A stretch of DNA of 64,000 nucleotides from positions 31,026 through 95,025 of the forward strand of contig CAZREA010000003.1 in assembly GCA_964599455.1 (NCBI GenBank). Direction: 5' to 3'. Position 1 is the first letter of the stretch. The number at the start of each line of letters is the position of its first letter. Shown here one piece after another: positions 16,563 through 25,683 of the stretch. The notes beneath the pieces are model-generated. The model was not told the origin of the DNA. It was given only the letters and a program-made list of their open reading frames with translations, and did no database searches. The translations under genes were made by a program, and so were the position numbers. The DNA comes from an uncultured Gammaproteobacteria bacterium (GTDB lineage Bacteria > Patescibacteriota > Patescibacteriia > UBA9934).

Positions 16563-17629
16563 CCTCCCCCCTCGACTCATCCTCCACGTACGCCGTTTAC
16601 GATCCACAAGACTCTGGCTACGGCATCGAACGCTTATCCGAACAGGTTCGGCTAGCCTGGCATGATGCACAAGAGGTCGGTTTACCATCGTCTTATCGGC
16701 TGGCGGAGCAGATTGTAGTTGTGGGCATGGGCGGATCGTCCTTGGGAGCACACCTGATTGAGGGTGTTTTAGCAACAAAAAGTAAAAAGCCACTTTTTAT
16801 TATTCGTGATTATCAATTGCCCGTGTGGGTCACGAGTAAAACGCTCGTCATTCTCTCGAGTTTTTCAGGAACGACTGAAGAAGTACTTGCAGCGGCTGAA
16901 GATGCCAAGCAGCGTCACGCGAAGATTATCGTTATTGCCACTGGCGGAACGCTGGCATCGTGGGCCAAACGCAACGGCTATCCGGCATATATTTTTACGC
17001 CCGGTGATCTTGCCAAACAGCCACGCCTTGGCCTGGGTTTTTCCTTTGCTGGTATGCTGGGCCTTCTGACGCAAGCAGGTCTTTGCAAGATGAAAGATGA
17101 AGACATGCAGCGCGCCATCTCGGCCATGGCTGAAGTGACCGATCTGTGTGCGGTCGATATTCCGACTGCGGAGAATCCGGCGAAGCAAGTAGCAGAAGCG
17201 CTTGCGGGTCGTCAGATCTATGTTGTTGCCGCCGAGCATTTATCGGGCAATGCGCATGTCCTTGCGAATCAATTAAATGAAACCGCTAAGCAATGGACGA
17301 CCTATGGCTTATTGCCGGAAATTGATCATCATCTTTTGGAAGGATTGAGCCATCCCAAAGAATTAATTGCCAACACGACGGTATTATTTTTGACGTCATC
17401 GCTCTATCATCCGCGTAATCGCAAGCGCTGCACGGTGACCGCAGATATCGTTGAAAAAACGGGTGTCCAAGTGGTTGATTATCATGCGCGCGGCAAAGAT
17501 GCGCTTGAAGAAATGTGTGAGGTCTTACAATTCTCCAGCTACGTCTCGTGGTACACCGCCATGCTGCATAAAGAAAACCCGATCCTCATTCCCTATGTCG
17601 ACATGCTTAAAAAAGCAATGGGGAAATAA
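16559..17629 (+). CDS. Bifunctional phosphoglucose/phosphomannose isomerase (SIS-domain PGI/PMI family)
   Basis: 'VVGMGGSSLGAHL', 'ILSSFSGTTEE' and two SIS repeats, at the typical archaeal/CPR PGI/PMI length. Confidence 0.7.
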   Translation: MTSPLDSSSTYAVYDPQDSGYGIERLSEQVRLAWHDAQEVGLPSSYRLAEQIVVVGMGGSSLGAHLIEGVLATKSKKPLFIIRDYQLPVWVTSKTLVILSSFSGTTEEVLAAAEDAKQRHAKIIVIATGGTLASWAKRNGYPAYIFTPGDLAKQPRLGLGFSFAGMLGLLTQAGLCKMKDEDMQRAISAMAEVTDLCAVDIPTAENPAKQVAEALAGRQIYVVAAEHLSGNAHVLANQLNETAKQWTTYGLLPEIDHHLLEGLSHPKELIANTTVLFLTSSLYHPRNRKRCTVTADIVEKTGVQVVDYHARGKDALEEMCEVLQFSSYVSWYTAMLHKENPILIPYVDMLKKAMGK

Positions 17630-18017
17630 TCTTGTTTTGAGCGGAATCATGTATGGGAAAAAAAGCCGTGGAAGAAAGAGCTGCAAAGAATAAAATCACC
17701 AAGTGATGGCAAGGAGATCATTTCAAAAGTACCTGAGCAATTAACTGTTGATCAGGAGCTTGCTTTAGCGAACTTAGATCGCTCACTGCCGTACGTCGAT
17801 CTTCATAGGCTGATTCGTGAAGACGTTGGATACGAGATCGATCATCTTATCGCAGAACATCCAGGAGGGGTCATTCGAATTATTTATGGAGTCGGTAAGG
17901 GAATTCTTGCAGAAGAAGTATTGCGATATGTACGTATATTGATGGCGAGAGCGCGCGCTCCGATTGTCGGATACCGTGAAGATCCTGGGCAGGCCAGCTT
18001 GGTTATCAAAGTAAAGT
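17630..18017 (+). CDS. Smr-domain protein ORF with no in-frame ATG/GTG/TTG start, in the same frame as PGI directly after its TAA; candidate frameshift, homopolymer error or pseudogene
   Basis: 'LPYVDLHRLIREDVGYEIDHLIAEHPGGVIRIIYGVGKGILAEEVLRYVRIL' matches the Smr 'DLHGL...IIHGKG' signature. An ATG at 17649 in the +1-offset frame enters this frame if the A7 run at 17658-17664 were A8. Confidence 0.4.
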
Positions 18018-18091
18018 AAGAGTTGTCAGAAAGAGGGAATTGGCGTACCGTATTTTCGAATTTCCGATTTCGAACTTTGGATTTTCAATCC

Positions 18092-18181
<90 letters not shown>

Positions 18182-18183
18182 CA

Positions 18184-18215
18184 TAAAACTGACCCACGTG
18201 GTCGGTTTTATGTTG
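18184..18215. terminator. Palindromic terminator element 'CATAAAAC(T)GACC(C)ACGTGGTCGGTTTT' (copy 1; copy 2 at 20331-20362)
   Basis: 16-bp palindrome centred on CACGTG, flanked by A- and T-runs. A near-identical copy lies 2.1 kb downstream. Confidence 0.55.
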
Positions 18216-18268
18216 ATGCATGGTTCTCATTGTGAAAAAAGGATCAGCACAGTATTCTTTCAGAGATT

Positions 18269-18892
18269 ATGAAAAAGACATTTCAGGAGTTTGCTCAAGA
18301 TCTTCTTACACGATTTGTAAAGAATGGAAGAATTGTCATTGCAGTTGATGGTTTTGGTGGATCTGGCAAAAGCACTTTTGCGGAAAAAATGAGCGAGTAC
18401 ATGCCGAATATTGGTAGAGTTTGTATAGATCATTTTTATCAACCCATTTCTCCAGAAGGTGAAAATGAGTTTCATTGGGAGCGTTTTGAGAAGGAAGTTA
18501 TTGATCGACTAAAAAATGGCGAGGAAATATGCTATGCGCCTTATGATTGGAAAGAAAAGAAATTTCACGACGAGATTTTTATTGAAAAAGATCAGTCAGT
18601 AATCATTGAAGGTGTATACGTCTCTCAAGAAAAGTATCGCGAAGTCTACGATGCCATCATTTGGATTTCTACTCCGGATCAGATGCGTTTAGAACGCGGA
18701 ATCAAGCGTGATGGAGAAGTCGTTCGGGCTATGTGGGAAAATGTTTGGCTGCCCTATACGCAGAAATACATGAACGAGCACCGACCAGACGAAGCCGCAG
18801 ATATCATAATCGATGGCGCTGAGTCGGATTTCAACGCGAATGAGATTATTATCAGAGAAATAACGAGCAATAAACCCCTTTTTAACGAGTAA
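18269..18892 (+). CDS. P-loop nucleoside/nucleotide kinase (uridine kinase/PRK-like family)
   Basis: Walker A 'AVDGFGGSGKSTFAEKM', and a uridine-kinase-like length and layout. Confidence 0.6.
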   Translation: MKKTFQEFAQDLLTRFVKNGRIVIAVDGFGGSGKSTFAEKMSEYMPNIGRVCIDHFYQPISPEGENEFHWERFEKEVIDRLKNGEEICYAPYDWKEKKFHDEIFIEKDQSVIIEGVYVSQEKYREVYDAIIWISTPDQMRLERGIKRDGEVVRAMWENVWLPYTQKYMNEHRPDEAADIIIDGAESDFNANEIIIREITSNKPLFNE

Positions 18893-18918
18893 CGCACCTC
18901 GTTTTTGGCGAAGTGCGT

Positions 18919-19755
18919 TTAGCGGTGGAGAAGCGCGGACACTTCATCCAAAGATGTAATAACTGAACCTTGCGAGCTCTGCCGAACGAATTCGATTTCC
19001 CATGGAGGAGTGTTTTTGTTCGTCATGAGCGCGATGTGTGCTCCGAGCGCGTAAGGCACTACAAGATCCAGTTCGAAGTTATCGCCGACAACGAGCATCT
19101 CGTCCCATCCTGCTCCATAAAGCCGACGCACCTCGTCGAGTACTTGGAAGTATTGATGGCGACGCAGAAGCACGGGGCGATGAAAACCATGAAGCATTGT
19201 CGATGCGGGCAGCTCGTCAAAGCTCGGATCGATTATCTGTTTTCCGGCATCTCCCCGCAGATTCCCTAAGACGATTTCAAGATGTGCCTGCCTGCCTACG
19301 AATAGACCGGAGAGTCGATGGGCCGCTTTATCCGTCTTGGTGTTCGTGACGACATGCGTCGGGACTCCGAGCTCCGTAAGGTAGCACATTGCTCCGGAAC
19401 GAAACACGGACGTCATAGGGTGATGCTTGGAGAGAAGTCCTCGTAAAAGATCGTGACGTTCGGTGATGGTCGTTCGTGCAGCCGCTTCGTCCAGAATCGC
19501 ATTGGCGATGGGGATGATGCGGAGATAGGGGTCTCCCACCGCGGAGCATACGAGGTTGCCGGCGAATTCCCAGTCGTACCGAGTGGGATGCGTTCGCATG
19601 TCCGCATAAACGAACCGAGCAATGTCTCGAACTCGTTCGAAGGAGAGATCTGTGAGCAGGGCGACGTCGCGGAGATATTGCTCCATGAAATCATTAAGCT
19701 CGACGGCGGGATCGGTTACCGTCCCGTCGAAATCAGAAATAATGACTTTAATCAT
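18919..19755 (-). CDS. HAD-superfamily hydrolase
   Basis: Motif I 'VIISDFDGTVTD' (DxDxT/V) at the N-terminus and motif IV-like 'VVGDNFELDL'. Confidence 0.6.
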   Translation of the reverse strand: MIKVIISDFDGTVTDPAVELNDFMEQYLRDVALLTDLSFERVRDIARFVYADMRTHPTRYDWEFAGNLVCSAVGDPYLRIIPIANAILDEAAARTTITERHDLLRGLLSKHHPMTSVFRSGAMCYLTELGVPTHVVTNTKTDKAAHRLSGLFVGRQAHLEIVLGNLRGDAGKQIIDPSFDELPASTMLHGFHRPVLLRRHQYFQVLDEVRRLYGAGWDEMLVVGDNFELDLVVPYALGAHIALMTNKNTPPWEIEFVRQSSQGSVITSLDEVSALLHR

Positions 19756-19866
19756 TTTCTTACCTCGCGGGAGAAGGGTTGTTTAATACATTGAGTAACC
19801 GACTACTCTAATCGAATGTACGATTTTTGTACAGGGGTTGTTTTGTTGTGTCACGATGGTTTCATT

Positions 19867-20292
19867 ATGACAACGATAAACCCCTACATCAATTTCAATG
19901 GAAATGCCGAAGAAGCGTTTACGTTTTACCAATCCGTTTTTGGTGGAGAATTCACGGGCATTACTCGTTTCAAGGATATCGCCAGCGCCGAGTTCCCCGT
20001 GCCTGAACATGAGGCACATAAAATCATGCGCATTGCGCTGCCTATCGGCAACAATGTCTTGATTGCCAATGACGTCCCCGAAGCAATGGGTCGCGTAAGC
20101 GAAAATGAAAATAGATCGAAGATCGCCATTACGACAGAAAGTAAAGAAGAAGCAGACAGGATTTTCAACGGACTTTCAGCGGGCGGAACCGTTGAAATGC
20201 CCATGGCGGAAAGTCCCTGGGGCACCTCCTTTGCAATGTTTCGGGACAAGTACGGTATTGAATGGACCGTGGAATTTGATTCGAAAAGATAA
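19867..20292 (+). CDS. VOC/glyoxalase-fold protein (PhnB-like)
   Basis: 'INPYINFNGNAEEAFTFYQSVFGG...MRIALPIGNNVLIAND...WGTSFAMFRDKYGIEWTVEF' is typical of the PhnB/VOC family. Start taken at ATG 19867. Confidence 0.6.
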   Translation: MTTINPYINFNGNAEEAFTFYQSVFGGEFTGITRFKDIASAEFPVPEHEAHKIMRIALPIGNNVLIANDVPEAMGRVSENENRSKIAITTESKEEADRIFNGLSAGGTVEMPMAESPWGTSFAMFRDKYGIEWTVEFDSKR

Positions 20293-20330
20293 CCGCATAT
20301 TCTTCACAGCAACGATGAAAGGATAGATCC

Positions 20331-20362
20331 ACATAAAACCGACCACGTGGTCGGTTTTGTGT
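20331..20362. terminator. Second copy of the palindromic terminator element (CATAAAACCGACCACGTGGTCGGTTTTGTG)
   Basis: Differs from 18184-18215 by two substitutions and one indel. Confidence 0.55.
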
Positions 20363-20394
20363 ATCTCTCGATTCTGCTAACATAGCTCTATTCT

Positions 20395-20970
20395 ATGCAA
20401 AAAGAAGTGCAATCACTGGATGAGTTGTTTGCTCAAGTAGAGTCTAAGAGTGATGGGAAGATCATTTGGTTTGGTATTACAGGAAGTTGGAGAAAGACAA
20501 ATGAAGAAGTTGAACAGGCAGTGAGAGAATCTGTGCGGAAGATTTATGATCGTGGTGCGGGAATCGTTTCGGGTGGAGCCTTGTCTGTCGACTTTTTTGC
20601 AACAGACGAGGCGCTGCTCCTTGATCCAATCGCTACACGCATAAAGATTTTTCTTCCTGTCACGCTGGAGCGATACGCTGTGCATTACCGCAAGCGTGCA
20701 CAGGAGGGGGTGATAACCTCAGCGCAAGCCGAGGCGCTCATCGGACAACTCCAAGAGGTGCAAAAACGTAATCCACTCGCTCTTGTTGAAAACACCACCA
20801 ACACCTCTGTAGACCGGACGACATATTTTGAACGAAATACTGCGGTCGTACATGCTTCGGATGCCCTCCTCGGCTTTCAGGTTAACGAAAGTGAAGGTGC
20901 GGGCGATACGATTAATAAGGCTATCGCTCAAGGAAAGCCGGTCTTTGTGAGGAAATACAATATTGATTAG
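20395..20970 (+). CDS. SLOG-superfamily Rossmann protein (LOG/DprA-like)
   Basis: 'IIWFGITGSW...AGIVSGGALSVDFFATDEAL...SEGAGDTINKAIAQGKPVFV' resembles the DprA/LOG nucleotide-binding fold. Family assignment is tentative. Confidence 0.35.
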   Translation: MQKEVQSLDELFAQVESKSDGKIIWFGITGSWRKTNEEVEQAVRESVRKIYDRGAGIVSGGALSVDFFATDEALLLDPIATRIKIFLPVTLERYAVHYRKRAQEGVITSAQAEALIGQLQEVQKRNPLALVENTTNTSVDRTTYFERNTAVVHASDALLGFQVNESEGAGDTINKAIAQGKPVFVRKYNID

Positions 20971-21100
20971 CTGATCTACACGCTTCAAAATCGTTTTTCG
21001 GTTAAGGAACCTTCAAAATAAAAAGAATTGCTCAAGCACAATAGACAGCAAAGATTCGCGCGTGCTAGTCTCTTAAAAGACTATTCTTTCACTACAAGAT

Positions 21101-22282
21101 ATGCTGAGATTTCTCGGTTCACAGGTGCGTGGGATGTTTTTGGCAATGGTGATTATTGGGGGATGTTTTCTGGCGTCATTTGCCTATGCGAGTTTTCCGA
21201 GTCCTCGTGGTATGACGATACCTCGATTGACGGTGTCTTCATCAATCATGATGCCGATTGACGATATCGTTCTCGGTTCATCCTCTCTTGTTGATGTGGG
21301 CGCATTCGTCTTTACGAGCGGAAGTCCACTGACGGTGAGAACGTTGACATTTGTGAATTGTATTGTCGAAACCACCGATACCGATGGCGATTGTGCCGAT
21401 GCCGGAGAAACACCAGGGTCAGATGCGGCTATTACCGGTTTACGGTTGGTGTATACAAGAAGTGACGGCGCCCACGTTACCGCTTCGGTAGGTCTCATTG
21501 ACGGCGTCGCGTACTTCACCGGTCTTGATATGTCCGTGAGTCCCTATGCCACCACGGCCACACTTCTTGTTGATACCGATGCTGTTTCTGCAACGGGAAG
21601 TAGTTCGGGCGATCAATTTCAGCTGAATCTCGTTGCTGATTCAACTCATGCATTTTCTGCATACAGCAGTGTAACGGGGAAAAGTATGACCGAATCTGAT
21701 CTTCGTTTTTATATTCCAGGAGCCACTATGACGTTGCGGGAAACACAGCCGACTTTTTCCCTCTCGGCCTCGAGCCCTTCGGGTCTTGCGGTACCAGGCT
21801 TTGCCGAGGTTTTGCGTTTTAGCGTTGCGGCCGATCCTCATGGCGATGTGGGTTTGCACTCGCTACTTTTTAAAGTAACTGCCATCGGTAGTGAGTGGAA
21901 TACGTGCGCCGCCTTTGCAGATGAGGATGCATGGGATTTATATGAATATGCCGATACGTTCTCTCTGGTTGAGGATATCGCTTTTTATAACGAAGACGGC
22001 ACGCGATGTTCTGCTGATCCATCGGCTGTGCTTGGCTATGTAAAAATAACGTTGATTGATGACCTATTTCTTCTCGCTGGAGAAAGAACAATCTTCTCTC
22101 TCGATGCTGATACAAGTTCTGCCGCAGTTGATGACATGTTGCGGATTGATATCGCCAAACAAGAGCAGGCCGAAGAAATTGGTTTACGGACATCGGTCGC
22201 ATGGACGGATGACGATGTTTTGGTAAATGACGCTTCGCATTTGCCGGGGCTTACACTCAGAGGAAAAACGCTTTTTTATTGA
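21101..22282 (+). CDS. Secreted/cell-surface hypothetical protein (signal anchor, Thr/Ser/Ala-rich beta region)
   Basis: N-terminal 'MFLAMVIIGGCFLASFAYA'; no recognisable catalytic motif. Confidence 0.45.
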   Translation: MLRFLGSQVRGMFLAMVIIGGCFLASFAYASFPSPRGMTIPRLTVSSSIMMPIDDIVLGSSSLVDVGAFVFTSGSPLTVRTLTFVNCIVETTDTDGDCADAGETPGSDAAITGLRLVYTRSDGAHVTASVGLIDGVAYFTGLDMSVSPYATTATLLVDTDAVSATGSSSGDQFQLNLVADSTHAFSAYSSVTGKSMTESDLRFYIPGATMTLRETQPTFSLSASSPSGLAVPGFAEVLRFSVAADPHGDVGLHSLLFKVTAIGSEWNTCAAFADEDAWDLYEYADTFSLVEDIAFYNEDGTRCSADPSAVLGYVKITLIDDLFLLAGERTIFSLDADTSSAAVDDMLRIDIAKQEQAEEIGLRTSVAWTDDDVLVNDASHLPGLTLRGKTLFY

Positions 22283-22295
22283 CGTTGGAGAGATT

Positions 22296-22616
22296 ATGAA
22301 AGAATTCAAAGAAACAGTAAGTTTTGATCGCTGGATACTAAAAGATGATCAGCACATGACACTCGAATCCCCTATGGCGACTATTGGTTCGGGGCATATT
22401 GAAAGCTATGTAGCAGATCCGGAACATGTTTTTGAAGGCTTGGGTATTCCGATAAAAGATGATTTGCCCGATGAAGTGATTCGGGCCTTTCACGCCTGTG
22501 AGCAAAGGGGAGAAAAAGTACATGTACAGGTTGTAGACCGAAATACGAAGTATGATTTTGTCCTTACTCATCGGCAAGAGCATCCGCGTTATCCGTGGCG
22601 ATTGATAAAAGAATAA
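22296..22616 (+). CDS. Hypothetical protein (106 aa)
   Basis: ORF only. ATG at 22296; the upstream part of the ORF-track entry overlaps the preceding gene. Confidence 0.35.
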   Translation: MKEFKETVSFDRWILKDDQHMTLESPMATIGSGHIESYVADPEHVFEGLGIPIKDDLPDEVIRAFHACEQRGEKVHVQVVDRNTKYDFVLTHRQEHPRYPWRLIKE

Positions 22617-23272
22617 ATGTGCATTCATCAACGATAGATCATTTCGCCAAAATTATTTGGAATTATCATCATCTGCATCACCAGCTGAAGAAAGCTGATT
22701 GCATGTTTGTTTTAGGAAGTCGAGATACACGAGTCGCGGAATATGCAGCAGATCTCTTTTTGCAAGGCTATGCTCCATATATTATTTTTGCTGGCGGAAC
22801 GGGAAAAGTGACAACGGGCATCTTTCATAAACCAGAAGCAGAAATCTTTGCCGATATCGCTATCGCACGTGGTGTTCCGAAAGAAAAGATTATCATCGAA
22901 AATCAATCGACCAATACCGGTGACAATGTACTTTTTACCAAAAAGATTTTCGAGGATCGTGGATTGGATTTTCAATCATTCATTCTGGTACAAAAACCGT
23001 ATATGGAACGCCGAACATATGCGGTTTTCAAAAAGCTTTGGCCAGAGAAGGAATGTATTGTTACATCGCCTCCAATGTCATATGAAGACTATCCCAATGT
23101 CGATATCTCCAGGGAACAGATGATCAATATCATGGTCGGTGACTTACAACGCATAAAGATCTATCCCGAACGCGGATTTCAAATCGTGCAGGAGATTCCG
23201 GATGAGGTTTGGGATGCGTATGAAAAACTTGTCGAAGCAGGATTTACGAAGTATTTTCTCAAAGAAGAATAA
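22595..23272 (+). CDS. DUF218 / YdcF-ElyC-SanA family protein
   Basis: 'CMFVLGSRDTRVAEYAADLFLQGYAPYIIFAGGTG...IIIENQSTNTGDNVLFTKKIF' matches the YdcF/DUF218 signature. Confidence 0.6.
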   Translation: MAIDKRINVHSSTIDHFAKIIWNYHHLHHQLKKADCMFVLGSRDTRVAEYAADLFLQGYAPYIIFAGGTGKVTTGIFHKPEAEIFADIAIARGVPKEKIIIENQSTNTGDNVLFTKKIFEDRGLDFQSFILVQKPYMERRTYAVFKKLWPEKECIVTSPPMSYEDYPNVDISREQMINIMVGDLQRIKIYPERGFQIVQEIPDEVWDAYEKLVEAGFTKYFLKEE

Positions 23273-23290
23273 GAGGAATCCGCCCCACCT

Positions 23291-23989
23291 ATGAAAAACC
23301 GAGAACAACGAATTGAAGAGCCTATCGAGTCACGCTGGGCCACACGCAGAACGCGAAATCTTGAGTATCTCATGCGACAAAGCAGCAAGTTGCGCTATCA
23401 AGAAACTGCAAAACTCTTGGCAGATGAACAGGTGGGCAGTCACGAAGAAGACGATTGGGAAAAGCTTTTTCAGATGTATCAATCTCTTCGTGAAAATCCC
23501 AGCATCATACCATTTCTCCGTGAGGCATCGATAGATGCGCTCGCACGAAAACTGGAGATCATTTTTCTTGCTGATGCATCTCGGTTTCATCTGCTGCGAT
23601 CACGTTTCTCGGTGGAGCAATATGAGCAAGAATGGAACACCTTTTTTGTCATCATGAAAAAGCGCATGAGCGATCTGCTTATTGATTTGGCGCGTGGAGG
23701 TTTGCTTTTTGAAGGTTTAGATCTTAGACGTATGCAACTGTACGATCTCCCGGAATTCGCTTCCTGCAAAGAGGCCGATATGCGAGAAGCGACTATTGGT
23801 GGACACCTCAAGAATATTGAATGGCAAGGCGCAGATCTTCGCGGCGCCACCTTTTCCTCGGCACTGTTTGTTAGCTGGCAGTACTTTCAAGGTGCAAATC
23901 TGGAAGGAACAACATTCGTGAACTGCAAAGGTTTGTATTTCAATCCCGAAGGTTTGCCCGATTGGGCGCGGGCGCAGATTGAAGGATAA
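23291..23989 (+). CDS. Hypothetical protein with C-terminal pentapeptide repeats
   Basis: 'GADLRGATFSSALFVSWQYFQGANLEGTTFVNCKGL' shows a consecutive A(D/N)LxG five-residue periodicity. Confidence 0.5.
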   Translation: MKNREQRIEEPIESRWATRRTRNLEYLMRQSSKLRYQETAKLLADEQVGSHEEDDWEKLFQMYQSLRENPSIIPFLREASIDALARKLEIIFLADASRFHLLRSRFSVEQYEQEWNTFFVIMKKRMSDLLIDLARGGLLFEGLDLRRMQLYDLPEFASCKEADMREATIGGHLKNIEWQGADLRGATFSSALFVSWQYFQGANLEGTTFVNCKGLYFNPEGLPDWARAQIEG

Positions 23990-23995
23990 TTCCCT

Positions 23996-24745
23996 ATGCA
24001 GAACATGTTGATCTCGAACTGCAAAAATCTTCTCGATGCCTACAAGAATGGTCTCTTGGGAAATTGTCGGATGCCCGAAGATTCCAGCCCGGATTTCAGC
24101 GAAGAAGAAAAAGAAATTCGTTTGGCATATTTTACGCTGCCGATGAGTCTCAATTATCAGCGTGATAGTTATAAGTTGTGGGAAGCAGCGCTGAAAACAT
24201 ATAACGATCCCGATACAAATGATGTTTTCTCGGTCAGTGCATCGGCAACGATGTCGATTGATGAACTGCGCAGAAAGCTTATGAAGTACAAGGTCGCATT
24301 GCAACCAAATAAACATATTCAAACCTGGAGAAAGATTTCTGAAACCATCTATCAGCAGTGGGGAACAATCGGATCGATGATGAAAACTGCTAATCAGGAT
24401 TTTCTTCAAATTCGCGATATCGTGCAGCAGAAGCGCAAAAAAGGTTTTCCCTATCTTTCCGGACCAAAGATTTTCAATTATTGGAGTTTCATTATCAGCT
24501 CTTACGGCGGATCTACACTGATGAATCGCCAATGGATTGATATTGCCCCGGACACGCACATCACTAAATGCTCCGTGATTCTCGGTGTGATTACCCAAGA
24601 CGAGGCGGATAAATGGTCTCGAGAAAAAATTTCCGAACGTTGGCGAAATCTCCTTGATGGATCCGGTATTGATCCAATCGATATGCATCCACCTTTGTGG
24701 TTTTGGAGTAGGAATAACTTTATCTACGAATTACCGAAGCGATAG
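23996..24745 (+). CDS. Hypothetical protein (249 aa), possibly DNA-glycosylase-like (DUF2400/TIGR02757-like)
   Basis: ORF with conserved-looking 'GFPYLSGPKIFNYW'. Family recalled only weakly. Confidence 0.4.
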   Translation: MQNMLISNCKNLLDAYKNGLLGNCRMPEDSSPDFSEEEKEIRLAYFTLPMSLNYQRDSYKLWEAALKTYNDPDTNDVFSVSASATMSIDELRRKLMKYKVALQPNKHIQTWRKISETIYQQWGTIGSMMKTANQDFLQIRDIVQQKRKKGFPYLSGPKIFNYWSFIISSYGGSTLMNRQWIDIAPDTHITKCSVILGVITQDEADKWSREKISERWRNLLDGSGIDPIDMHPPLWFWSRNNFIYELPKR

Positions 24746-24836
24746 GATGGTCCGGGTGCACGTATTTAGGAAAAGAGCTTCTTTAAAAAGAAAGCCGTAC
24801 AGGTTTTGAAGCTGTGCGGCCTAGGGATGCTGTGCG

Positions 24837-25545
24837 TCATGAGCGCACTTCGCGAAGAAAGTGCGCAATAGCTGACGCGAGTTGTTTGCCGAGTGTTTCC
24901 GCACCTCGTGCGCGAAAGCGTGGTGCGATCTCGATTTGCATGCAGTTGATCTCGTGCGCTGCTGCATGCCAGCGAATGGTATGGCCGCCATCGAACCAGT
25001 CGCCCGTTGCTCGGATCGGATTCCTTGCAGGAAGGAAGATCGTATAACCTTTGCTCGTCATGAAGTCCGCGAACGCTTGGTCAGGCTGACCGTGCAGGAT
25101 GGTCGTGCCATTTCCTGTTCCGAGGATCAGGTCATAGCCTCCCGCTGGCGCATAGGGCGGTTGTTCGCCGAAGCCGTGTATGTCGAGAAGCAAGAGCTCT
25201 TCAGCAGGAAAGGATTCCCTCATTCCCTCCACACACGAGCAAATGCTGTGGTGATAGTGGTCGTAGTCAGCGGACATGGACGCCTCTTCATACGCCTCTT
25301 CGCGACCACGATTGTAGTCAACGAAAGTACGAGGCAGGAGACCGCGCACGCTGTTCACCGGCACTTCGCGCGCGATGTCTTGGGCAATTGGCCAGGTGCG
25401 CATATCGCGGACCGTGACTCCCTGCTGTCGCGAAGGAAGGCTGGCAGGGAAGTGGCTCCGCGGCAGTCCATCATGAGGAACGGTAAGAAGGTACGGGGAG
25501 ATTGTGCTTGTCACGAAAGTGCACTGGTCAAGATCAAAATTCATG
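24837..25545 (-). CDS. N-formylglutamate amidohydrolase (FGase) family protein; GC-rich cassette with SD AGGAGG
   Basis: 'LLTVPHDGLP' and 'LLLDIHGFG' match FGase-family motifs. GC ~60%, with 'caggaggcttatcATG' upstream. Confidence 0.5.
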
Positions 25546-25683
25546 ATAAGCCTCCTGAGAAATGAGAAGAGGAGCAAAACCAGGAAGCGACCTTAGCAAA
25601 TAGCCGCTCTTTTCTCAAGAAAAAAGGTTTTTATGGTACCATTTTCAAAGTTTCCGTTTTATGAAGCGTGATGGTAGGTCTTT

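Noticed and set aside
17655-17665. Canonical dnaX-type X_XXY_YYZ -1 slippery heptamer at the A7 run
   Set aside because: The zero-frame codons GGG-AAA-AAA-AGC do not form a perfect heptamer, since the A-site codon AGC cannot re-pair. Only single-tRNA P-site slippage, transcriptional slippage or a sequencing indel remain plausible, so the site is reported as an ambiguity and not as a confirmed recoding signal.
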